Assembly: GCA_004297205.1 (NCBI GenBank) | Contig: SCUL01000002.1 | Location: 530,893 to 594,892 of the forward strand | Direction of reading: 5' to 3' | Origin: Patescibacteria group bacterium | GTDB taxonomy: Bacteria > Patescibacteriota > Patescibacteriia > 2-12-FULL-57-11 | Length of the DNA: 64,000 nucleotides | Part shown: positions 53,980 to 63,045 of the stretch, one piece after another | How the letters are laid out: each line of letters starts with the position of its first letter | Position numbering within the stretch: position 1 is the stretch's first letter | Position numbers and translations under genes: made by a program | The notes under the pieces: generated by a model | The model's input: only the letters and a program-made list of their open reading frames with translations | What the model was told of the DNA's origin: nothing | Databases searched by the model: none

Positions 53980-54773
53980 ACCGCGACCGGCGCCTTGATG
54001 GCCGGATGCGGGTCGTAGCCCTCGATGGCCACGTCCTCGAACTTGAAATCGAAGAGATTCTTTACGGCTGGATTCAGAACGAGTTTCGGCAGCGGCCGCG
54101 GTGCGCGGGACAGTTGTTCCTTCACCTGGTCCAGATGGTTCAGGTAGATGTGGACGTCACCGAAGGTGTGGATGAACTCGCCGGGCTGCAGTCCCGTGAC
54201 CTGGGCGATCATATGGGTGAGGAGCGCGTACGAGGCGACGTTGAACGGTACGCCCAGGAAGACGTCGGCCGAGCGTTGGTAAAGCTGGCAGGAAAGCTTG
54301 CCGTCCACGACGTAGAACTGGAACAGGCAGTGGCAGGGCGGCAGCGCCATCTGGTCGATGTAGGGGACGTTCCAAGCCGAGACGATCAGGCGGCGGGAAT
54401 GCGGCTTGGTCTTGATCTCGTTCACCAGCCAGGAAATCTGGTCGTACGTCTTGCCGTCGCCGTTCGGCCAGCGGCGCCACTGCGCGCCGTAGACCGGGCC
54501 GAGATCGCCGTTCTCCGCGTTGGCCCACTCATTCCAGATGCGCACGCCGTTATCCTGGAGATATTTCACGTTGGTGTCGCCGGCCAGGAACCACAGCAGC
54601 TCGTGGGTCACGGATTTGGGATGGACCTTCTTCGTCGTGAGGAGCGGAAAGCCGTCCGCCAAATTGTGGCGGTACTGATAACCGAAGGTGCTGATCGTCC
54701 CGGTGCCGGTGCGGTCTTCCTTCTTCACGCCGTGGTCCAGGATGTGCTGGAGAAGATCCAAATACTGTCGCAT
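53976..54773 (-). CDS. thyA: thymidylate synthase
   Basis: [34 protein letters not shown]. Confidence 0.98.
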   Translation of the reverse strand: MRQYLDLLQHILDHGVKKEDRTGTGTISTFGYQYRHNLADGFPLLTTKKVHPKSVTHELLWFLAGDTNVKYLQDNGVRIWNEWANAENGDLGPVYGAQWRRWPNGDGKTYDQISWLVNEIKTKPHSRRLIVSAWNVPYIDQMALPPCHCLFQFYVVDGKLSCQLYQRSADVFLGVPFNVASYALLTHMIAQVTGLQPGEFIHTFGDVHIYLNHLDQVKEQLSRAPRPLPKLVLNPAVKNLFDFKFEDVAIEGYDPHPAIKAPVAV

Positions 54774-54865
54774 ATGTGCGCATGGTATCCCCCTGAGCGC
54801 ACAGGGACAAACGCCTGGAAACAAAAGAAAACCGCCGTTGGTCGGCGGTTTTCCACAGCTTCTCC

Positions 54866-55423
54866 TCAGGCCCGTTCCACGTACTCGCCCGTGTCGGTGT
54901 TGATGATGATTTTTTCGCCCTGTTTGATGAACATCGGCACTTTCACTTTGATGCCGGTATCGAGCGTCACGTCCTTGGTGACGTTGCCGGAGGTGTCGCC
55001 GCGCACCGCGTCCTGCGCTTCAGTCACGGTGAAGGTGATCTTGCGCGGCAGTTGCACGGCCACGGCCGCGCCTTCGTACATCACCACGAGCGCTTCGATG
55101 CCTTCTTTAAGGTAGCCCTCTTTGCCCTCGAGCATGGCTTTCGGGACGAGCACCTGGTCGTAGGTGGCGCTGTCCATGAAGGTCGCGCCGTTGGCATCGG
55201 AGAACAAATACTGCATGGAGCGCCGCTCGACGTCGACAATGTCGACGTTCTCCCCGCTCTTCCAGGTGTTTTCGAGCGACTTCCCGCTGCCGATGGAGCG
55301 CATCTTCACGCGTGTGAAGGCCGCGCCCTTGCCCGGGTTCACGTGCTGGAACTCGGTCACCACGAACAAATCGTTCTTGAACCGCACCACCACGTCTTTG
55401 GAGATATCGCTTGTGTCTGGCAT
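54866..55423 (-). CDS. efp: elongation factor P (PGKG, Lys type)
   Basis: [23 protein letters not shown]. Confidence 0.97.
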   Translation of the reverse strand: MPDTSDISKDVVVRFKNDLFVVTEFQHVNPGKGAAFTRVKMRSIGSGKSLENTWKSGENVDIVDVERRSMQYLFSDANGATFMDSATYDQVLVPKAMLEGKEGYLKEGIEALVVMYEGAAVAVQLPRKITFTVTEAQDAVRGDTSGNVTKDVTLDTGIKVKVPMFIKQGEKIIINTDTGEYVERA

Positions 55424-55428
55424 AACGG

Positions 55429-56784
55429 CTAGTTTTTACCAGAGCCCCGGAAAAGTGTCGAGGCCGGCAGGAAACGGACCTGGTCGATGTCGGCAGCGTC
55501 CGTCATGAGCATCACGAGCCGGTCGACGCCCAGCGCGGTGCCGCCCGAGGGCGGCATGCCGACCTCGAGCGCGGCAAGGAGGTCCTCGTCGATCGGGAGC
55601 TGCGTCTTTTTCAGCTTCTTGCGCAAAACGCGCTCTTCCACGAGGCGGACGCGTTGCTCCACCGGGTCGTTCAACTCGGTGTAGCCGTTTGAAAGCTCGA
55701 GACCGCCGACATAGACCTCGAAGCGTTCGGCAAAGGCCGGATCGCCCTCTTTGAGCTTGGCGAGCGCGGACAAGGGCGCCGGGTAGTCGTAGACAATGGT
55801 CGGCCGGCGGCGGCCGAGGCAAGGTTCGACTTCGTTCAAGAAGACGCGGAAGAACAGGTCCTCGTAGCGCTCCTTCTCGTCCGGCCGGTAGCCTTTGGCG
55901 CGCACCGCGGCAAACAGCGCGTCGCGGTCGCGCAGCGCTTCCGGATCCATGCCCGCGTACTGGCGGAAAGCCTCGGACACGCTCATCCGCTCGACGCCGG
56001 TGAGATCGATCGTCGCGCCCTGGAACGGCAGTACCAGCTCGCCGACCACGTCCTTGGCGACGTAGCGCAGGAGCTCTTCGACGTCGTCCATGATCTCGCG
56101 GTACGAGGCGTAGGCCCGGTACCACTCGAGCATCAGGAATTCCGGATTGTGCGTCTTCCCCCATTCTTCGCCGTTCCGATAAACGCGCGCGACGTCGTAG
56201 ATGCGCTCGAATCCGGCAGTGAGCAGTTTCTTCAAGCTGTACTCCGGCGAGGTCACGAGGTAGCCGGGCGACTTCTTGCCGCGGACGTCGATGAGCGTGG
56301 TCTCGAACGGCGTGAGGTAGGGCTCCATGCCTGGTGCGGCCACAAGCGCCGGCGTGTCGCATTCCGTGAAGCCGCGTTTGGCAAAGAAGGCACGGATGGC
56401 GGCGAGCACTGCGGCGCGCTTCTGGAGCACGGCGCGCGCCTCAGGTGCGCGGACGAGCTGTTCCCACTGGCTCGCATCGGTCGGCGCGCGGCGGTTCGGC
56501 ACGAGCACGCGCAGGGCCTCCGCCTGGACGCGATGTGCCTGGACGAGTCCCGTGCACTCCACGATGTCGTTGACCTGCGCAGGCGTCTCCGGCGGCGCGA
56601 TGCAGGTGACGGTGCCGGTCTCATCGGCGACCACGAGCAACGCCTGCCCGTGGCGCTCCTCGCGCGACAAAACACGCCCGCAGACCGTCACTTTTTTGAC
56701 GACGGCGCGCTTCGCCTGCGCGGCCGTCGCGGTGCGCGCGGCGCGGGCGGGGTACGCGTATTGCTTGGGTTCCTGCTTCGGCAT
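55429..56784 (-). CDS. epmA: EF-P lysine aminoacylase EpmA/GenX with N-terminal OB-like extension
   Basis: EP.L..F, TSPEYSLKKLL, RNGE...HNPEF.MLEWYR, ERFE...ELSNGY.EL.D, GVDRL; adjacent to efp. Confidence 0.85.
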   Translation of the reverse strand: MPKQEPKQYAYPARAARTATAAQAKRAVVKKVTVCGRVLSREERHGQALLVVADETGTVTCIAPPETPAQVNDIVECTGLVQAHRVQAEALRVLVPNRRAPTDASQWEQLVRAPEARAVLQKRAAVLAAIRAFFAKRGFTECDTPALVAAPGMEPYLTPFETTLIDVRGKKSPGYLVTSPEYSLKKLLTAGFERIYDVARVYRNGEEWGKTHNPEFLMLEWYRAYASYREIMDDVEELLRYVAKDVVGELVLPFQGATIDLTGVERMSVSEAFRQYAGMDPEALRDRDALFAAVRAKGYRPDEKERYEDLFFRVFLNEVEPCLGRRRPTIVYDYPAPLSALAKLKEGDPAFAERFEVYVGGLELSNGYTELNDPVEQRVRLVEERVLRKKLKKTQLPIDEDLLAALEVGMPPSGGTALGVDRLVMLMTDAADIDQVRFLPASTLFRGSGKN

Positions 56785-56802
56785 TCACTCCTCCTTCTAT
56801 GC

Positions 56803-57030
56803 TTAGCGGGATTCGAACGGAATGAGCGCCATGACGCGCGCGCGTTTCGCGGCGGTCGCGAACTTCCGCTGGTGCATCGCGCACAGGCCGGAACGGCGGC
56901 GCGGCATGATCTTGCCATACGAGGACAGAAACTTGCGCAGGGCAGGCACGTCCTTGTAGTCGATCACTTCTTTGTTGTTGATGCACCAGTGGCAGCCCGT
57001 CGGGCGCGGTGCGGTTTTGCGGAGTGCCAT
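56803..57030 (-). CDS. rpsR: 30S ribosomal protein S18 (zinc-binding form)
   Basis: CHWC, IDYKD, GKI.PRR.SGLCAMHQR, KRAR. Confidence 0.97.
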   Translation of the reverse strand: MALRKTAPRPTGCHWCINNKEVIDYKDVPALRKFLSSYGKIMPRRRSGLCAMHQRKFATAAKRARVMALIPFESR

Positions 57031-57035
57031 AGAAT

Positions 57036-57485
57036 TCAAAAGGGAATGTCTTCGATCTTGATCTCGTCATCCGGGGCGGAGGCCGGCATGGGAGCCGGGG
57101 CCGGCATCGGGGCGGGCGCGGCGGCGGGTGCCGGGCGCGGCATCGAGCCGCCTTGCGGCGCGCGGTCGAGGAGGATCATGTTCTCTGCCACGATTTCCGT
57201 GCGGTTGCGCTTCACGCCGTCCTGGCCGTCCCACTCGCGGGTCTGGATGCGGCCCTCGACGTACACCTTGCGGCCGCGCGCCAGGTACTGCCCGCAAATT
57301 TCCGCGAGTTTGCCCCAGGCGACGACGTTGTGGAATTCGACCTTCTCCTGCTTCTGGCCCTGCGCGTCCTTCCAGACGTGGTTCGTGGCCACGCCGAAGG
57401 AGCAGACGTTCTGGCCAGTGGTCGTGGTGCGCGACTCCGGGTCGCGCGTCACGTTGCCGATGATCATTGCTCTGTTGAGGTTCAT
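57036..57485 (-). CDS. ssb: single-stranded DNA-binding protein
   Basis: MNLNRAMIIGN.TRDPE, VEGRIQTR.W, C-terminal DIPF. Confidence 0.97.
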   Translation of the reverse strand: MNLNRAMIIGNVTRDPESRTTTTGQNVCSFGVATNHVWKDAQGQKQEKVEFHNVVAWGKLAEICGQYLARGRKVYVEGRIQTREWDGQDGVKRNRTEIVAENMILLDRAPQGGSMPRPAPAAAPAPMPAPAPMPASAPDDEIKIEDIPF

Positions 57486-57618
57486 AGGATGTGGAACGAC
57501 GTTCGTGCGTGGATGCAGTGCGAGGAGAGCGTGAGGCGCGCAGGGAGCCGTACTACCACGTACGGTGACCGAGCACCGCAGCGCTCGACGACGCAATGCG
57601 CCGCGCGCGGACGTCGGT

Positions 57619-58062
57619 TCATTTGGAGGCTTCCGTCAGAAGCTCATCAATCTTCTTGTCGATGTCTTCTTGGGACAGCGGCGAGGCGGCAACCGGGGCG
57701 GCCATGACCGGCGCGACCGTCTCCGGCGCGCGCTCCTCGTCCGGACGGACGAACAGGTTGACCGTCGTCAGCATGACTTCGTCGGCGTTGACGATCATGT
57801 GGCGGATGACCCCGTTGTCGAGGCGGAGATCCGCGTCGAGCTTGGCGATCTGGGCCGGCTCGGCTGTGAAGCGCACCAGGATATAGTGGCCGTAGCGGTG
57901 CGCGCCGATCGGGTAGGCCAGCTTCACTTTGCCGGCATGCTCGTTCAACTTGATCGTGGCGCCGGCACCGGAAATCAGGCCGTCGATGCGGCTGCGGACG
58001 CCTTTGAGCTCGGCGTCGGTGAGCTCGCCCGACAGGGCGTAGAGAAGTTCGTACTGCTTCAT
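57619..58062 (-). CDS. rpsF: 30S ribosomal protein S6
   Basis: MKQYEL, GKVKLAYPI, G.Y, VIRHMI. Confidence 0.95.
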   Translation of the reverse strand: MKQYELLYALSGELTDAELKGVRSRIDGLISGAGATIKLNEHAGKVKLAYPIGAHRYGHYILVRFTAEPAQIAKLDADLRLDNGVIRHMIVNADEVMLTTVNLFVRPDEERAPETVAPVMAAPVAASPLSQEDIDKKIDELLTEASK

Positions 58063-58140
58063 AGATTCGCCCCCGGCGCCGGACTTATGTGCCCGGCCGC
58101 GTGGTCCCCGCCAGAGGCGGGGCGGGGGATTTGTTCGTCC
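58063..58140 (-). promoter_or_regulatory. possible S6:S18 autoregulatory leader
   Basis: C-rich segment with hairpin CCCCGCC-TCT-GGCGGGG and complementary G-run just before the rpsF start; expected position for this leader. Confidence 0.4.
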
Positions 58141-58203
58141 GGACACTACCAGACCCCTTTGCGCCTGACAAGGGTCGGCCACCCGGGTACACTGACAGGC
58201 GTT

Positions 58204-59427
58204 ATGCCGCTGTTTTTCGCCGAGCTCGGCCGCCACCCCGCCTTGTCCGCAACCGAATTGCTGATCCGCTCCCGGACCGACGGTACCCCGCTTGCGCTTG
58301 GCCCGTTCGGGCCGGATATCCTCCTGCTCGATGGACCGGAGCCGCCGTCCGGTTTCGCGGGCGCGCTCGGCGGCACCATCCGTTTCGGCCAGGTGTTGGA
58401 AACGTACAACGGCGCACCGACGGAGGCGCAGGTCATCGACGCCGTGGCCGCCGCAGTCGGCGCGCGCATCGCCGCCGGGAAAACGACCTTCGGCTTATCC
58501 GCCGCGGCGCTTGGCCCGAACATCCCCCTCCCCTCGCTGCCGAAGTTGCGCGCCTGGGGGCTCAGCGTAAAGAAAACGCTCAAGGAACGCGGTTCGGCTC
58601 GGCTCATCACCGGCACGGGACGCTTGCTTTCGCCGGTCGCCGTCGCCAAGAACGGCCTGCTCGCGACAGGCGGCGATTTTCTCATCCTGATCGAACGCAG
58701 CCGCTGGCACCTGGCACGCACCAGCTTCGTCCACGACTTCGAAGGCCAGGCCCACCGCGAATTCGACCGACCGGTGGCCAACCCCCAATCCGGCATGCTG
58801 CCGGTGCAGCTGGCCCGCGTCCTCGTAAATCTCTCCGGCAAAAGCGGCACGCTGCTCGACCCGTTCTGCGGCTCGGGCACGGTCCTCGGCGAAGCCATGC
58901 TCCTCGGCTGGCAGCGCGTCATCGGCAGCGACATTTCCATGCAGGAGGTGGATGCGGCGCGCGCCAACCTGGCCTGGCTTGCCAACCAGGCCGGCCGGCT
59001 GCGGCCGCCGGAGTTGCTCGTCTCATCCGCCGAAGGACTGGATCGGACCATTCCGCGCGGCACGATCGACGCCATCGTGACCGAGCCGACGCTCGGCCCG
59101 GCACTCCGTGGCCGCGTGGAGGTCAGCAAACTGATAAAAAACGCCGAAGATTTGAAAAAGCTCTATCGCCGCGCGCTGGCGGCGTTCCGGCAACCGCTCA
59201 AAGACGGCGGCCGCGTGGTCATGGTCTTCCCGCGTTTCAACGACGGCCGCATCCCCACCACCCTCCTCGACAAAGATTTCGCCGCCATCGGTTATAAGAG
59301 GATGGTGCCGGCCCGCGACCTGCCGGCGGCGCTGCGCACGGACACGACACCCGAGGGCAACCTGCGCTATGCCCGGGCCGACGCCCGGGTGATCCGTGAA
59401 ATCGTCATTCTGGTGAAGCAATCTTAG
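58204..59427 (+). CDS. Trm11/UPF0020-like SAM-dependent RNA methyltransferase
   Basis: RP...SGMLP..LA, LLDPFCGSGT, IGSDIS, IVTEP.LGP. Confidence 0.85.
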   Translation: MPLFFAELGRHPALSATELLIRSRTDGTPLALGPFGPDILLLDGPEPPSGFAGALGGTIRFGQVLETYNGAPTEAQVIDAVAAAVGARIAAGKTTFGLSAAALGPNIPLPSLPKLRAWGLSVKKTLKERGSARLITGTGRLLSPVAVAKNGLLATGGDFLILIERSRWHLARTSFVHDFEGQAHREFDRPVANPQSGMLPVQLARVLVNLSGKSGTLLDPFCGSGTVLGEAMLLGWQRVIGSDISMQEVDAARANLAWLANQAGRLRPPELLVSSAEGLDRTIPRGTIDAIVTEPTLGPALRGRVEVSKLIKNAEDLKKLYRRALAAFRQPLKDGGRVVMVFPRFNDGRIPTTLLDKDFAAIGYKRMVPARDLPAALRTDTTPEGNLRYARADARVIREIVILVKQS

Positions 59428-59472
59428 GCGGGGATATGCGTAGTAGTGTATCGGCGGGACTGATAGTCAGGC

Positions 59473-59501
59473 TTGACAAAAGCCTGAAAAACCACTAGTC
59501 T
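59473..59501 (+). promoter_or_regulatory. sigma70 promoter with overlapping inverted repeat
   Basis: TTGACA-17bp-TAGTCT; TCAGGCTT/AAGCCTGA spans the -35 element. Confidence 0.65.
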
Positions 59502-59557
59502 CCGCTGTTTTGAAGACACCTGATTTCGCAGGTTTTCCCTTCAAAACGAGGAGTTCC

Positions 59558-60724
59558 ATGACAACCGATCGCAAGCCCTCGCCGCTGCCCGCAGCTGGCG
59601 GGCTCGCGGGCATCTCCACAAAGACGGTCTTCACGCCGAAGATGATCGAGCGAATGCGGCTCGACGGCAAGACCCAGGTCCTCCTTCCCGGAGCCACGCT
59701 CTGGGAGGTCGGCCAGAAGGCCGCCCGCACCTACCACCTCGTGCACGGGACGCTGGCGGTGATCGTCGACAACACGCCGGTCGCCGAGATCAACGAAGGC
59801 CAGCTCGTCGGTGAGCTCGAGATGCTCTTCAACGAGCCGTACGCCTCCACGGTACGTTCCGTGACTGACGCGGAACTCATCGTCTTCTCGAAGGCGGAGT
59901 TCCAGCTCATGCTGCGGAACACCGAGGCGGGCTACACGGTCATCCGGCTCTTCGCCGAGCGGGTGAGGGCGGCTCACCGCGCCCTGGCCGGACGCACCGC
60001 GCGCGTCGTCTCTCTCGAGCAGGACATCCGGGACCTGGCCACGCGCCAGCACCAGGAGCTTGAGGAGAAGAAGCGTGAATTCGACGATCTCGGCGAGCGG
60101 CTGTTGGTTGCCGAAAAGCAGGTCGAGGAGGCCGAGCGCATGCGGCAGGCCTACGACATGAACCTGCAGGTCGCCGACGCGCGGATCCTCCTGCTCGAAC
60201 AAGCACTCCGCGCTGCCAATCTCGAGGTCACGCGGGACGGTGTCACCAGCCGCATCTTCCCGCGCCCGATCGACGCCTCGCTCGAGGCCGAGATCAGCGC
60301 GGAACTCGATGCGTTGACACCGCCGCCGCTGCCCCCACCTCTGCCGGTCGCAAGGATCGGTCTGACGCGGGTCGCCGTGCCTCGGCCGAACACCCCGGTG
60401 TTCACGGAGGAAGGTCCGCCGACCGACGTGACGCCGGTCGCTCCCGACAGCGAGATGCTCGCGGCGGTCGAAGGACCGCTCGAGTCCGACACCGGGAAGG
60501 TGGCCGTGCCGCCGCCGATCCGGCGCCGGGAGCCGGTCCCCGTGGGCGCACGCACCCAGAACATGGTGGCGTTCGACCCGGACGCACCCCGGATGGAGAT
60601 CACCATCGACGAGAATGGCGCGCGCGTCACCTCGCCGCCCGCCGTGCCGGATCTCGACAGGGAGACGGATAGTCTCATCGCGGAAATCCTCCACATCACG
60701 CCGGACACCACGCCCAAGAAGTAG
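59558..60724 (+). CDS. cyclic-nucleotide-binding-like domain + coiled coil + Pro-rich tail
   Basis: GAGGAG RBS; PG..L..G....Y.LV.G...GQLVGE...STVRS.TD..L; heptad region. Confidence 0.75.
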   Translation: MTTDRKPSPLPAAGGLAGISTKTVFTPKMIERMRLDGKTQVLLPGATLWEVGQKAARTYHLVHGTLAVIVDNTPVAEINEGQLVGELEMLFNEPYASTVRSVTDAELIVFSKAEFQLMLRNTEAGYTVIRLFAERVRAAHRALAGRTARVVSLEQDIRDLATRQHQELEEKKREFDDLGERLLVAEKQVEEAERMRQAYDMNLQVADARILLLEQALRAANLEVTRDGVTSRIFPRPIDASLEAEISAELDALTPPPLPPPLPVARIGLTRVAVPRPNTPVFTEEGPPTDVTPVAPDSEMLAAVEGPLESDTGKVAVPPPIRRREPVPVGARTQNMVAFDPDAPRMEITIDENGARVTSPPAVPDLDRETDSLIAEILHITPDTTPKK

Positions 60725-60749
60725 GGCGAGGCGCTCCGGCGCTCTTTTT

Positions 60750-61832
60750 TTATGCCCCGACGCGGAAATGGACGACGTCGCCGTCCTGCATGACGTAATC
60801 CTTGCCCTCGACGCGCAGCAAGCCCTTGTCGCGAACCCCGGCTTCGCCGCCCTGGGTCACGAAATCTTTCCAATTGGAAATCTCCGCGCGGATAAACGTC
60901 TTTTCAAAATCGGTATGGATGACGCCGGCGGCCTGCGGCGCTTTCGTCCCCACCGGGATGGTCCAGGCACGCGTTTCCATTTCGCCCGTCGTCAGGAACG
61001 AGATGAGCCCGAGCTTGGCGTAGGCGGCGCGGATCAACGCGTCGAGCCCGGACTCCGGAATCTCGAGTGCGGTGAGCATCTCTTTGGCCTCGGTCGGCGA
61101 CATGTCGGCAAGTTCCGCCTCGATCTTGGCGTTCAGAGCGATCTGCGGCGCCAGCGTATTCGACAACGGGCCGACATAGGCCTTCTCTTTGAGTGTCTTC
61201 TCATCAACGTTCAGCACGTACAGAAACGGCTTCATCGTCAGCAAATGCAGTTCGGCAAGGGGGGGCTTCTCGTCATCAGCCAGCGCGACCGAGCTGGCCA
61301 GGTTCCCCTGCTGCAGGGCGTCGCGCACGCGCTCCACCGCGGCCAGCTCCTTTTCCAGGAGCGGCGTGACTCCCCCTTTGGCCTTGCTCTTCAGTGTGTC
61401 GACGCGACGGTTGGCGGTCTCCAAGTCGGCAATGACGAGTTCGGCATGAATGACGTCAACGTCGCTCTTGGGGTCGACCTGGCCGTGGACGTGGACGATG
61501 TCGTTGTCCACGAAGACGCGCACCACCATGACAATGGCGTCGACCTCACGGATGTGCGACAAAAATTTGTTGCCGAGACCTTCGCCCTGCGCGGCGCCGC
61601 GCACCAATCCCGCGATATCCACGAAATTGATGGTCGTCGGGACGATGCGGCCGCTCTTCGAGATCGCGGCGAGCTGCGCCAAGCGCTCGTCCGGCACCTC
61701 AACAATGCCGACGTTCGGTTCGATGGTCGCGAAGGGATAATTAGCGATGAGCGCCTGTTTGCGCGTCAGCGCTTTGAAGAGGGTCGACTTGCCGACGTTG
61801 GGCAGGCCGACGATACCGATGGCAAACGACAT
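60750..61832 (-). CDS. ychF: ribosome-binding ATPase YchF
   Basis: GIVGLPNVGKST, ANYPFATIEPN, DIAGLV, IHTDF, EGKDY. Confidence 0.98.
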   Translation of the reverse strand: MSFAIGIVGLPNVGKSTLFKALTRKQALIANYPFATIEPNVGIVEVPDERLAQLAAISKSGRIVPTTINFVDIAGLVRGAAQGEGLGNKFLSHIREVDAIVMVVRVFVDNDIVHVHGQVDPKSDVDVIHAELVIADLETANRRVDTLKSKAKGGVTPLLEKELAAVERVRDALQQGNLASSVALADDEKPPLAELHLLTMKPFLYVLNVDEKTLKEKAYVGPLSNTLAPQIALNAKIEAELADMSPTEAKEMLTALEIPESGLDALIRAAYAKLGLISFLTTGEMETRAWTIPVGTKAPQAAGVIHTDFEKTFIRAEISNWKDFVTQGGEAGVRDKGLLRVEGKDYVMQDGDVVHFRVGA

Positions 61833-61907
61833 AGACGGCCGCAGGATGCCAAGATTCCATGACCCTGTCCAGCCGTGCTATACTGTCGGCGACTAACCGC
61901 ACCATCT

Positions 61908-62306
61908 ATGTCGGAGGGAAAAAAGAAGAAGGGGTCATTCAAGTCGCTGGCCGAGGGCTTGGCCGTCGGCGCGGCGCTCGGCGCCCTCATCGGCATCCTG
62001 TTCGCGCCCAAGAAGGGCAGCGAAACGCGCAAGGACATCGAAGAGGGGTTCTACCGCGCCAAGGCCGATGTGGCGCGCAAGCTCGTCAAAGCCAAGAAGG
62101 TCACGGCCGTGCAGTACAAGAAAGCCGTCGAGGAAGCGGTGAAGATGCAGGCCAAGACCATGAAGACGCTGAAGAAGGCCGATCTGAACGACATCAAAGA
62201 TCGGCTGATGGACGGCTGGGACACCATGGCCGGCAAGATGGCCTCGTCCAAACCCGTCAAAGCGATCAAGAAAGCAGTCAAAGCGACCAAGAAGAAAAAG
62301 GCCTGA
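61908..62306 (+). CDS. YtxH domain protein with Lys-rich tail
   Basis: GAALGALIGILFAPKKGSETR. Confidence 0.85.
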   Translation: MSEGKKKKGSFKSLAEGLAVGAALGALIGILFAPKKGSETRKDIEEGFYRAKADVARKLVKAKKVTAVQYKKAVEEAVKMQAKTMKTLKKADLNDIKDRLMDGWDTMAGKMASSKPVKAIKKAVKATKKKKA

Positions 62307-62348
62307 GCGCAAAAGCAAACACCCCCGCCGAGGCGGGGGTGTTTTATT

Positions 62349-62591
62349 TCAGCCGAGGATGCGGATGAGTCCGATCAACGCCACGATCGCCCAGACGATA
62401 TTCAAAGCGGCTGCCGGATACGCGCGACGATTCCAGGCTTGCGCGGCGATGCCGGCTGCACCCAGGAGATTCATGATGTGATAGTACGGATGGTTGGTCG
62501 ATAGATAACCATTGCTGTTTGCGACGAAAGCGGCGAGCAGCAATGCCGCACCGACCCAGGCGACCGCGGACAACATCTTCTTCATGTTCAT
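62349..62591 (-). CDS. CBU_0592-like small three-TM membrane protein
   Basis: WVGA.LLL.A, Y..MNLLGA, AYPAAALN.VW. Confidence 0.75.
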   Translation of the reverse strand: MNMKKMLSAVAWVGAALLLAAFVANSNGYLSTNHPYYHIMNLLGAAGIAAQAWNRRAYPAAALNIVWAIVALIGLIRILG

Positions 62592-63043
62592 ACCGTGAGC
62601 GGTTCATGGCGAATCAAACGGACGTTATCATCGAAGTACAGGCGAAAGGCGACGGTTTCCCCTGCCAACAGCTGCGGAAACCACACACCGTCCGATTCCC
62701 ACATTTCTTGATACGGAACCGCGTCAAGCGCAAACCATTGCGGCCGCATTTCTTCCGATTCTGCGGGTTCACCCTCGAAGTCTGCGCTTGAAAAAATTCG
62801 ACAGCGCGTCGTCCAGTCCGGTTTCCCTTCGTAGATGAACTCGATCACGCCGCGTTCATTCGGGGACTTCACAGTCACGCCGATCTCTTCCTGTACTTCG
62901 CGGACCAGCGCCTCAACCGGCGTTTCTCCTGGATTGGCTTTGCCGCCCGGTCCATTCCACTTGCCCGCGCCAAAACCGCGCTTCTTCATGGCGAGCAGCA
63001 CCTGACCGGGGCGGAAGAGGTAGCAGAGATTCGTTTCTTTCAT
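62588..63043 (-). CDS. NUDIX hydrolase, 8-oxo-dGTPase (MTH1-like)
   Basis: KKRGFGAGKWNGPGGK, REVQEEIG, SEEMRPQWF, MWESD. Confidence 0.9.
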   Translation of the reverse strand: MKETNLCYLFRPGQVLLAMKKRGFGAGKWNGPGGKANPGETPVEALVREVQEEIGVTVKSPNERGVIEFIYEGKPDWTTRCRIFSSADFEGEPAESEEMRPQWFALDAVPYQEMWESDGVWFPQLLAGETVAFRLYFDDNVRLIRHEPLTV

Positions 63044-63045
63044 AC

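Noticed and set aside
55429-56784. Annotation as lysyl-tRNA synthetase lysS
   Set aside because: TSPE...KKLL and MLEWYR motifs plus adjacency to efp fit EpmA rather than LysRS (IAPELYLK / E.Y.AY).
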